Shown here: in pieces, positions 56,839 through 64,000 of the stretch | How the letters are laid out: each line of letters opens with the position of its first letter | How positions within the stretch are numbered: the stretch's first letter is position 1 | NCBI GenBank assembly: GCA_964291625.2 | Contig: OZ220089.1 | Location: 260,542-324,541, forward strand | Source of the DNA: Candidatus Latescibacterota bacterium | GTDB taxonomy: Bacteria; Latescibacterota; UBA2968; UBA8231 | Direction of reading: 5' to 3' | Length of the DNA stretch: 64,000 nt | The notes under the pieces: generated by a model | Database searches by the model: none | Seen by the model: only the letters and a program-made list of their open reading frames with translations | What the model was told of the DNA's origin: nothing | Translations under genes and position numbers: made by a program

Positions 56839-56858
56839 CCGCAGAGACGGAGACCGAC

Positions 56859-57059
56859 GTGACAGACGATCCGCAAAGCGACGACCTCGCCGCCCAGGCC
56901 CGGCAGAAGCGCAGCGGCCTGGCCTCCGAGTTCCTCGCCTTTCTGAGGGACAACAAGAAGTGGTGGCTGGCGCCGATCCTGCTCACCATCGCCGGCCTCG
57001 GGCTGGTGGTCATGCTCAGCGGCACCGCCGCGGCGCCCTTCATCTACACCTTGTTCTGA
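56859..57059 (+). CDS. DUF5989-family small membrane protein
   Basis: ORF 56859..57059 (66 aa). Characteristic EFLAFLRDNKKWWLAPILLTIAGLGLVVML...AAPFIYTLF C-terminus. Confidence 0.65.
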   Translation: MTDDPQSDDLAAQARQKRSGLASEFLAFLRDNKKWWLAPILLTIAGLGLVVMLSGTAAAPFIYTLF

Positions 57060-57119
57060 TCCCTTCGGCGGCGCCCGCCGGGGCCTGGCGGACAGACGGG
57101 TCCGACCCCGCGGAGGAGA

Positions 57120-57136
57120 CCCGCCCTCGGGGCGGG
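57120..57136. terminator. GC-rich hairpin between convergent genes (weak terminator candidate, no U-tract)
   Basis: CCCGCCC (57120-57126) / GGGCGGG (57130-57136) with a 3-nt loop, in the 98-nt spacer between the ends of 56859..57059 (+) and 57158..58021 (-). Confidence 0.3.
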
Positions 57137-57157
57137 CCCTCGCGGGAAGGTGTCTGT

Positions 57158-58021
57158 CTACTGCTCGGTGGGGGCGCTGCCGGCGGCGGCGGTGGAGTCG
57201 GGCGCGGACGCCGGGTCGTGAAGCACCAGGAGGCGCACGTCCCTGAGGCCGATGGCGAACCGGGAGGAGCCGGCGTACCCGGTGAAGGCGGAGTCGACGC
57301 GGCTGCGGTACTGGTAGTCGCGCTCGCCGGAGAGGCGCACGGTGCTGGCCTCGACGGTGGCCGTGATCGTCTTCCCCGATCTGAGGGAGATGACGATGGG
57401 CCGGACCTCGACCCCGGCTTCCCTGAACTCGATCTTCTCGATCTTGCTCATGTCGAGGCTGCGCCGCCTCCGGCCCTGCTCGAAGGCGAACTCGCGCTGG
57501 CCGCGGAAGAGAAGGTTCTGCACCTGGAACATGCGGCCCTTCTCGTTGACCAGCGTCGCCCGCAGGGGCGGCTTCGGCTTGATGGGCACGCCGCCGTCCG
57601 GATGGTGCAGGACGACCTCGGCCACGTCGCGCAGCAGGACCGTGAAGGGGCCGAGCCGGGTCGAGCCCGAGACGCTCTCCGGCGGGATGCCGCCGCCGAG
57701 GGCTTCGACGTTGGCCGCGGTGGAAGCGATGACGTAGGTCCCCCGCTCCTCCTTGCCGGTGCGCATCCGAACGACGAGGTCCTGCTGCTCCTCGCGGGGA
57801 CCGCTGGCAAAGCGGAAACGGTCGATCTCGCGCAGGGGGACCTCCCGGCGGACGCCCTTCAGATAGTAGGACAGGGAGGTCTTGCCCCGGACCTTCAACT
57901 TCGTCAGCTCGAAGCGGTTGCCCTGCCGGTCGATGAGGGTGGCCGCCAGGTCGGCCGCCGACGGGGCCGCCCCGAGGGCGAGGAAGCACGAGGCCAGGGT
58001 GAGGATGCGAGCCGCCATCAT
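57158..58021 (-). CDS. hypothetical secreted protein (287 aa)
   Basis: Real part of ORF 57158..58684. ATG at 58021 (MMAARILTLASCFLALGAAPSAA), overlapping the upstream stop as ATGA. No recognised domain. Confidence 0.6.
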   Translation of the reverse strand: MMAARILTLASCFLALGAAPSAADLAATLIDRQGNRFELTKLKVRGKTSLSYYLKGVRREVPLREIDRFRFASGPREEQQDLVVRMRTGKEERGTYVIASTAANVEALGGGIPPESVSGSTRLGPFTVLLRDVAEVVLHHPDGGVPIKPKPPLRATLVNEKGRMFQVQNLLFRGQREFAFEQGRRRRSLDMSKIEKIEFREAGVEVRPIVISLRSGKTITATVEASTVRLSGERDYQYRSRVDSAFTGYAGSSRFAIGLRDVRLLVLHDPASAPDSTAAAGSAPTEQ

Positions 58022-58710
58022 CGCTGCGGCTCCTGCTGCTGCGAGTCCGGTCCTTCCTGGGTATCGGTGCCCAGATCGATGATCACCGGCGTGGGCCGGC
58101 CGAAGGCGACCTCGAAGGACCGGATCTCGTCGAGCCCCGAGGGGCTGTTCTCGAGGCGCAGCTTGTAGGTGCCCACGGGCAGGATGAAGTAGCGCAACTC
58201 GCTCGTGGTCATGCCCCGGCCGAGGACGGTGCGCATGGTGTAGTCGAGAAACAGGAACGGGATCTGGGAGAACCCCTGCCCCCCGGTGATCAGGACCTGC
58301 ACCCTGCCGAGGTGGAGGACGACGTGGGCCTCCTGTCCCATCTGGATCTTCACGCCGCGCTCGACGACGCTGTCCTTGATGTCGGTGTTGACGGTGACGT
58401 CGTAGGTGCCCGGGTCGAGGTCGACGACGAGCCGGTTCTCGGACCACGAACGCTCGAAGGCGGAGGGCGAGAAGGCGGAAGCCCTCGGCATGTCCTCGTA
58501 GACGATCTCTCCGCTCTCGGAGTCCTCGACGAAGAAGTTCAACTCCTGGATGCCGCCGGCCTCGAGGAAGAGCCGGCCCTTGCCCTCGGGGATCGGGGGA
58601 GGTCCGTACGCCGACCCGCCACCGCTCTGGGTGCTGGCGCAGGCAAGGAGGAAGCAGGCCGCCAGAGGCGAGGCGAAGCACCACCAGGTCGATCGGATTC
58701 GGGAGGTCAC
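58018..58710 (-). CDS. hypothetical lipoprotein (230 aa)
   Basis: ORF 58018..58710. Lipobox ACFLLACAS. Beta-rich composition. No recognised domain. Confidence 0.6.
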   Translation of the reverse strand: MTSRIRSTWWCFASPLAACFLLACASTQSGGGSAYGPPPIPEGKGRLFLEAGGIQELNFFVEDSESGEIVYEDMPRASAFSPSAFERSWSENRLVVDLDPGTYDVTVNTDIKDSVVERGVKIQMGQEAHVVLHLGRVQVLITGGQGFSQIPFLFLDYTMRTVLGRGMTTSELRYFILPVGTYKLRLENSPSGLDEIRSFEVAFGRPTPVIIDLGTDTQEGPDSQQQEPQR

Positions 58711-58750
58711 AGGATCCTCCTTTCAGAGGAAGAACGCGTCGGTTGGGTAC

Positions 58751-60439
58751 CTAGTTCCCCGACGGGGAATTGTCAACCAGGCGGACGACGAGGATGTTCC
58801 TCTCCGGCCCCGCCGCGGAACGGGCCTGGCGCCGGAAGGACCGTTCGTCGGTCCGGAAATCGGGATAGGCGGCGGCCGTGGTCACGCCCCGCGCCAGCAG
58901 CTCGCTCCACAGCGGTTCCACGCGCTTCACGAAGCCCGCCGCCACCACGAAGTAGTCGGCCCCTTCCGCCGCCAGCGAGTCGAGCCGGGAGGCCTCGAAG
59001 AGATCCGGGGTGATCTGCCAGCCCTTGCGGTGGCAGTAGTAGAGCAGGGTCGGGCTTCGGGTGCGGAACGGCCCGCCCCGGTCCTCGTCGATGTCGCCGG
59101 CCACAAGCCGCGCGCCGGCCGGCATCCGCGCGTCGAGGACGCGTCCGGCGAGCTCGCAGGTGCGGTAGTAGTCGTAGATCCTGTTCCCGGGGCGGTAGTA
59201 GTCCCCCAGCTTCCACAGGCCGCCGGCCGCCACCGCCGCCAGGGACAGGGCCACCAGCGACCGCGCCCGGAGCGACCCCGGCCGGAGCCGCCGCAGCTGC
59301 CGGCCCACGACGCCGGACAGGCACGCGCCTCCCGGCTCCCACAGGGCAGCCAGGGGCGCGGCGGCGAAGACCGCCGCCGGCAGGGCGAAGGGCAGCTGGT
59401 AGTAGTGGAGCCGGCGGTTGCCCTCGGGGATGAGGAGGACGTACAGCAGCAGGCCGCCGAGCCAGGCGTAGAGGGGCCACACCTCTCGCCCTTGCCGGGG
59501 GCCGCCGTCACCGCGGGGCCACAGGCCGGCGAGTCCGGCCGCCGCCAGGAGAACACCCATGGGCGTCAGCACGGCCTCGACGAACCGGCCCGCCATGAGG
59601 CGGTAGAAGCCGCCCTGCAGGAGCAGGTCGTGGCTCCACTTGTCGTAGCCCCGGCGGCCCCAGATGCCGAAGGTGAGCCCCGTCTCCTCGAAGAGGCCGG
59701 CGGCGTGCACGTGCCAGGCCGCAGCCGGCGCCACCGCCACCAGCAGATAGAGCCACAGCGACCCGCGGCGCACGAAGGAAGGCCCCCAGCGGCCGAGGGC
59801 CATGGCCACGAGGGGGAATCCGAGGTACAGGGTTGGGATCTTGAGGGCGAAGCAGAGGCCGGCGATCCCGGCGGCGGCCAGCAGCCAGGCCGTCCCCTCC
59901 CGGCAGGCGCGGCCGAAGGCGCTCAGGGCGGCGGCGCTCAGCAGCAGCATGAGCGCCTCGGGCATGAAGGCGCGGCCGAAGAACAGGCTCAGGGGCAGCA
60001 TCAGGTAGATGGCCACGGCCAGGCGCGCCCCCGCGGCGCTCCCGAGCCAGGCGCGGGCCAGGGAGTACAGGGGGACGGCCGCGGCGGTGGAGAAGAGGGC
60101 CGCCAGCGACCGCCCCATCCACTCGTGGGCGCCGCCCGCCAGGGAGTAGAGGCAGGCCACCAGGAAGGGGAACAGGGGCAGGTTCATCTCCACGTACCCC
60201 GGCGTGTTGCCGCGCCAGTCCACGCGGGGATGGAAGAGGGTGAATCCCTCTTCGTGGAAGTTGCGGGCGATGGCCGCCGTGTCGGCCTGGCGCCACGCCT
60301 GGTGGTCGATGAGGGGCGCCGTCACCTCCACGAGGCGGAGGCCGAGGCCGGCCGCCAGGAGCAGGAGAAGCCAGCGGTCGGACAGCAGGCGGCCGGGTCC
60401 CGCGTCGGCCGCCGGAGAGCTCTTCAGAAGGCTCGCCAA
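58751..60439 (-). CDS. ArnT/PMT-like family 39 glycosyltransferase (polytopic membrane protein)
   Basis: ORF 58751..60439, with TTG as the only canonical start. About 10-12 TM helices. First-loop pattern TAPLIDHQAWRQADTAAIARNF typical of GT39/ArnT-like enzymes. C-terminal soluble domain. Confidence 0.75.
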   Translation of the reverse strand: MASLLKSSPAADAGPGRLLSDRWLLLLLAAGLGLRLVEVTAPLIDHQAWRQADTAAIARNFHEEGFTLFHPRVDWRGNTPGYVEMNLPLFPFLVACLYSLAGGAHEWMGRSLAALFSTAAAVPLYSLARAWLGSAAGARLAVAIYLMLPLSLFFGRAFMPEALMLLLSAAALSAFGRACREGTAWLLAAAGIAGLCFALKIPTLYLGFPLVAMALGRWGPSFVRRGSLWLYLLVAVAPAAAWHVHAAGLFEETGLTFGIWGRRGYDKWSHDLLLQGGFYRLMAGRFVEAVLTPMGVLLAAAGLAGLWPRGDGGPRQGREVWPLYAWLGGLLLYVLLIPEGNRRLHYYQLPFALPAAVFAAAPLAALWEPGGACLSGVVGRQLRRLRPGSLRARSLVALSLAAVAAGGLWKLGDYYRPGNRIYDYYRTCELAGRVLDARMPAGARLVAGDIDEDRGGPFRTRSPTLLYYCHRKGWQITPDLFEASRLDSLAAEGADYFVVAAGFVKRVEPLWSELLARGVTTAAAYPDFRTDERSFRRQARSAAGPERNILVVRLVDNSPSGN

Positions 60440-61626
60440 CTGGGCGAACGCTCGTCCCGGTCGTCGGTTCGCGTGAGGTTGACGGGCATCACCGGTCTCT
60501 CGGTGGTGTCGTCCCAGTCGAAGCCGGCGGCGGGCAGCAGGTAGATGTCGAAGGTGCCGCGGGACCGGCCCCTCTCGTCGGTGACGAACTCGCCGTCCTC
60601 ACCGATCTTCATCTTCCCCGAGTAGGCCAGGCCGCGGCCGTCGGGAGACCACGCCGGGTTGAGCTCGAAGGTGTTCTCCGCCACGGTGACCCGCACCTGC
60701 TCGGTGAGGTCGCCCCCGGCCACGAGCAGCTCCTGGCCGCCGAAGCGTTCGGAGGCCATCACCAGCCGCAGGCCGTCGGGCGACCACGCCGGTTGCTGGT
60801 CGATCTTCTTGTGCTCGGTGAGGCGGCGCATGCCGCTCCCGTCGACGTCGATCAGGTAGATCTCGTCGTTGCCCTCGAAGGCGCTCGAGGTGAAGGCGAT
60901 CCGGCGGCCGTCCGGACTCCAGGCGGGCTCCCGGCCCTCGACGAGCCTGCGCTTGTTGCCGCCGTCGGCATCCATCAGGTAGATGGCCACGTCCCCCTCC
61001 CGCTGGCTGACGAAGGCGATGCGCCCACCGTCGGGAGACCAGGCGGCCCCCTGGTCGCGCTCGGCGTGCTCGGTGAGCCGGCGCCGGTCGCTGCCGTCGG
61101 CGTTCATCACCCAGACGTCGATGTTCGACATCACCGTGCCCATGGTGAACAGGATCCGGCGACCGTCGGGGGACCACTTCGGCTGCTTCTCCACTTCGTA
61201 GGTGTCGGTGAGCCGCGAGACCTCGCCCGAGGCCACGTCGACGGTGAAGAGGTCCCAGTTGCGGACGCGGGTCGGCGTTGAGGCGTAGAGGATGGTACCG
61301 GTGCGCTGGAAGGGGGCGTTGGCGCCGGGGGGAATGGAGAACTTCACCCTCTGCCGGCCGACGCCGCTCACCGGGGGCGAGTCGAGGGTCAGACGCCGGG
61401 TCTCCACGTACTCGCCGGCGACGACGGACACCCGGTAGTCGCCGCTCTTGAGATCCGAATAGGTGGAGGTGCCGGCCTTGGCGAGCCGGTTGTGGTGCAT
61501 CTGCAGGTCCTGCGCGTCGAGCCGCAGCAACTGCCCGTCGCCGCCCTCGATCTCGACGACGACCTCGTTGCTGCCGCATGCGGCCAGGGCCATGCAGGCG
61601 GCGGTCAGGGTAGCTGCGTACCTCAC
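60424..61626 (-). CDS. PD40 (TolB-like) beta-propeller lipoprotein with N-terminal beta-sandwich-like domain
   Basis: ORF 60424..61626, GTG start. Lipobox MALAACGS. Repeats: PKWSPDGRRILF, AAWSPDGGRIAFVS..EGDVAIYLMDADG, PAWSPDGRRIAFTS, PAWSPDGLRLV, PAWSPDGRGLAY. Ends SPSWRAF. Confidence 0.85.
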   Translation of the reverse strand: MRYAATLTAACMALAACGSNEVVVEIEGGDGQLLRLDAQDLQMHHNRLAKAGTSTYSDLKSGDYRVSVVAGEYVETRRLTLDSPPVSGVGRQRVKFSIPPGANAPFQRTGTILYASTPTRVRNWDLFTVDVASGEVSRLTDTYEVEKQPKWSPDGRRILFTMGTVMSNIDVWVMNADGSDRRRLTEHAERDQGAAWSPDGGRIAFVSQREGDVAIYLMDADGGNKRRLVEGREPAWSPDGRRIAFTSSAFEGNDEIYLIDVDGSGMRRLTEHKKIDQQPAWSPDGLRLVMASERFGGQELLVAGGDLTEQVRVTVAENTFELNPAWSPDGRGLAYSGKMKIGEDGEFVTDERGRSRGTFDIYLLPAAGFDWDDTTERPVMPVNLTRTDDRDERSPSWRAF

Positions 61627-61734
61627 GTCTCCTCCGAGCGGGCTTCGGTTCGTCGAACGGGTTGAAGGGCGGTCCGCCGGCCGGTGACGGGGCGCGGGCC
61701 CCGGGCGAGGCCGGTCCCGAGGAGCGGTGCCGCC

Positions 61735-62235
61735 CTACTGGAACAGGTCCTTGACCTTGCCCCAGGTGCTGATGCTGACGTCGGTCGAAGGTCCCGGGGC
61801 GATGTCCCGCCACCCGGCCCCGGCGATGACCCGCAGGGCTTCGGCCCCGGGTCCGCTGGACACCACGGATCCCTCGTGCTCGATCAGGAGATGGTCGGTG
61901 CCGGCGGCGGCGCGCTCCCGCAGCCAACCGACGACCGGCCCCGGCCTGGAGGGATCGGAGAGCAGCTCCTGCAGAGCCACCGTCTTCAGCCCCGGGACCC
62001 GTGCGGGCGAGGGCGTGACGGCGATCCACTCGACCTCCGGCAGGCCGCGGATCAGGCGATGGGTGGTCCTGGCGCGTTCGACCTGGCCTGGCATGGCGGG
62101 ATGAAAGAAGAAGTAGAGGTGGTGGCCGGCGGCCTCCGGGCCGGAGGCCCTCGACCCGGGCGGACCAAGAAGGAGCAGGGCCAGCGCCAGGGCCGGCGCC
62201 GGCAGAAGTCGCAGGGTGTCGTGGCTGGAGGTCAT
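61735..62235 (-). CDS. hypothetical secreted protein (166 aa)
   Basis: ORF 61735..62235. Signal peptide LRLLPAPALALALLLLGPPGSRA. Its start overlaps the upstream stop as ATGA. Confidence 0.5.
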   Translation of the reverse strand: MTSSHDTLRLLPAPALALALLLLGPPGSRASGPEAAGHHLYFFFHPAMPGQVERARTTHRLIRGLPEVEWIAVTPSPARVPGLKTVALQELLSDPSRPGPVVGWLRERAAAGTDHLLIEHEGSVVSSGPGAEALRVIAGAGWRDIAPGPSTDVSISTWGKVKDLFQ

Positions 62236-63293
62236 TCCGCGCGCAGGGCGTCGTTGAGACGGATGCTGTCGACGCCTTCCAGGACCCGGGTCTTCGAGAG
62301 GTGGTCGCTCAGGATCTGCTCGACCTGTATGATGCCGACGCGGCTCGGCAGGGTCCTGCCCAGCACCTCGCCGGTCTCGGGGTCCGTCAACTCCCGGCCC
62401 TGGTCCCAGACGGCGAACTTGTCGCCGTTCCGGATGCCGTCGGCCAAGCCGAGGTTAATGTACGCGACGGCGCCGTCCACTACCATGATCCTCCCGGCGA
62501 CCTGGAGGGAGGGAGGGGGCCGGATCTGCTCGGCGATGCCGTCGGCGGCGTTCTTCGCCCAGGCCGCCAGGGCCTTGCCCACCAGGGACTCGCGGAAGGT
62601 GTCCGAATTCCAGGCGAGATCGTCGAGGAAGAAGTACTGCTTGTCGAGAGGGACGAAGGCGGCCGGGTTGGTGATCCCCGTGCGCTTGCTGTCCATCACC
62701 CCCTCGGTGGACAGCTCCCCTCCCCGGCGCCCGTCGATGGCGTTCACCAGGGTCAGGTCGGCCATGACGATGCCCTCGTAGCTGCGGTAACCGCCGAGGG
62801 GCACGGTCGCCTGGAACCGCTTCATCGTCAGCTCCTCGATGTTGCCGAGGATCACCCAGTCGGCGCCGAGAAAGGCACCGATGCCCGCCGCGCGAGCGTG
62901 TCCGATCTCGCCGGTGAGCTCCGGCGGTTCCAGGTAGGCCAGGGCCGAGTCGACCGGGACGATCTGGTAGAAGCTGTTGCGGGCGAGGCTGTCGCCCAGG
63001 GTCTTGGCGAGGCCGCGGTGGATGTCCCAGGCCCCCTTGTATCCCGAGCTATCGAGGAACGGCAGCAGCAGGATCTTCTGTCCCAGGAAGTCCGTGCCTT
63101 CGCGGGGGATCACGGGCGGCGGCAGCGGCGCCTCGGCGGACTCCTCGGCGGCCGGCTCGGCGGCGGCTTCCTCCTCCTCCATCATCACCACCGACTCGAG
63201 GCCCGGCATGGTGGCGCAGGCCCCCAGGAGCAGGCCGCCCAGGGCGAGAGCGGCGGCCAGGGGCGCCCTGGCCGGCCGGGGCCTGCGGCTCCG
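62232..63293 (-). CDS. lipoprotein-like module (CsgG/LpoB-like N-part, beta-rich C-part), encoded in-frame with and not separated by a stop from the larA-like ORF
   Basis: Lower part of ORF 62232..63992. RSRRPRPARAPLAAALALGGLLLGACAT looks like a lipoprotein signal peptide. It is followed by GQKILLLPFLDSSGYKGAWDIHRGLAKTLGDSLARNSFYQIVPV...LGADWVILGNIEEL and GRIMVVDGAVAYINLGLADGIRNGDKFAV. No ATG/GTG/TTG lies at the module boundary, so the left and right limits are nominal. Confidence 0.5.
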   Translation of the reverse strand, partial: RSRRPRPARAPLAAALALGGLLLGACATMPGLESVVMMEEEEAAAEPAAEESAEAPLPPPVIPREGTDFLGQKILLLPFLDSSGYKGAWDIHRGLAKTLGDSLARNSFYQIVPVDSALAYLEPPELTGEIGHARAAGIGAFLGADWVILGNIEELTMKRFQATVPLGGYRSYEGIVMADLTLVNAIDGRRGGELSTEGVMDSKRTGITNPAAFVPLDKQYFFLDDLAWNSDTFRESLVGKALAAWAKNAADGIAEQIRPPPSLQVAGRIMVVDGAVAYINLGLADGIRNGDKFAVWDQGRELTDPETGEVLGRTLPSRVGIIQVEQILSDHLSKTRVLEGVDSIRLNDALRAE

Positions 63294-64000
63294 AGCCAGG
63301 ACGTACGGCCCCCGGGGAACGACCGCCACCGGCGCGGCCTCGCCGTGGCGGATCCTGGCGGCCTGGAGGCCCGCTTCGACGGAGCCGGCGGGCTCCACCA
63401 GGCCCCGCAGATGGGGGCCGCCGGCGTCGACGCCCTCGCTGTAGAGCAGCACCCGGGCCCGGCGCAGGACCTTGCACAGCTCCTGGAGCTGCCACTGGTC
63501 GATGCGGAAGAACCCGGGGTCCCCGAGCCTCTCCTCGAAGGCCTCGGGGCTCTCCGTCTCCTCGAGGAGCCGGACGAACTCGGGGCTGCCCAGGCCCTCG
63601 GCGCAGCGCGCCGCCAGCACGATCGTGCCCCCTTCGGCGACCACCGGCAGCACCGCGGTCAGGCCCTTCACCGCCTGGTAGAAGGTCAGGTCCAGGGGGT
63701 AGCCGGCGCTGGTGGTGACCACGATCGGGACAGGCTCCTCGACCCATGCGGAAGCCCCGGCCTCGACGAAGGCCACCCCCGTGGCGTGGGCCTCCTCGAG
63801 ATCGCCGGCGAAGATCCCGGTCACCTCGCGGCGGTGGTTCATGGCCACGTTGAGGGTGAAGTCCACCCCCGCCGTGAGGGCCACCTCGAGGGCCTGCCGG
63901 TGGAAGGGATTGCCCTCGATGACGCCCTCCGCCGACTTGGGGTGACTCATCAGCTCGGGCCCGTGGAGGACCCGCATCGTGTCGACGCCCACGATCCCGG
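63294..64000 (-). CDS. larA: nickel-dependent lactate racemase (LarA)-family protein, C-terminal ~235 aa; the 5' end lies right of the window
   Basis: Upper part of ORF 62232..63992, open to the window edge. LarA/DUF2088 C-terminal pattern: HPKSAEGVIEGNPFHRQALEVA...DFTLNVAMNHRREVTGIFAGDLEEAH...IVVTTSAGYPLDLTFYQAVKG...GTIVLAARCAEGLG. Confidence 0.7.

Noticed and set aside
61648-61660. Palindrome GTTCG-T-CGAAC about 25-35 nt upstream of the PD40 lipoprotein gene start
   Set aside because: It is a single short 5-bp-arm palindrome, expected by chance in 64 kb. No associated regulator gene is present.

Overview
A high-GC (roughly 70%) bacterial chromosomal segment with no rRNA, tRNA, CRISPR, transposase or integrase that I can see. 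Because of the GC content, the six-frame track is full of long Arg/Pro/Gly/Ala-rich shadow ORFs. I kept only ORFs whose translations show recognisable motifs or normal protein composition, about 47 genes. Nearly all sit in tightly packed operons, often with overlapping stop/start codons (GTGA, ATGA, TGATG). Housekeeping genes: recD2, relA/spoT, hisC, mpl, a GT2 and a GT39 glycosyltransferase, a GH42-like glycosidase, a partial larA and a partial SDR. Three accessory envelope loci stand out. (1) 34.7-52.4 kb is a 17.7-kb single-strand super-operon. It holds four tandem LRR + PD40 beta-propeller lipoprotein paralogs, then three secreted F5/8-type-C proteins with FlgD-Ig-like C-terminal domains, interleaved with two ~870-905-aa predicted outer-membrane paralogs. 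I recognise no enzyme domain and no characterised system there; it is my best candidate for an undescribed cell-surface apparatus. (2) 22.6-31.2 kb is an ExbB/ExbD motor operon. The TonB position is occupied by a membrane-anchored DUF4159 protein, alongside a 1097-aa TPR protein, a PorV-like barrel, a lipoprotein and a CBM9-like protein. (3) 3.3-13.1 kb holds a PA/M28-like ectodomain, apparently catalytically dead, fused to a MacB/FtsX permease with no ATPase nearby, plus an OPT-like 827-aa membrane protein, an unknown 373-aa protein and a PqqD-like protein. The window also has three clear reading-frame disruptions, one at a C7 homopolymer. In addition, one gene has no canonical start codon and one in-frame gene fusion has no stop codon. 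These may be assembly indels or real pseudogenisation or phase variation. All domain calls come from motif recognition by eye; no searches were run.
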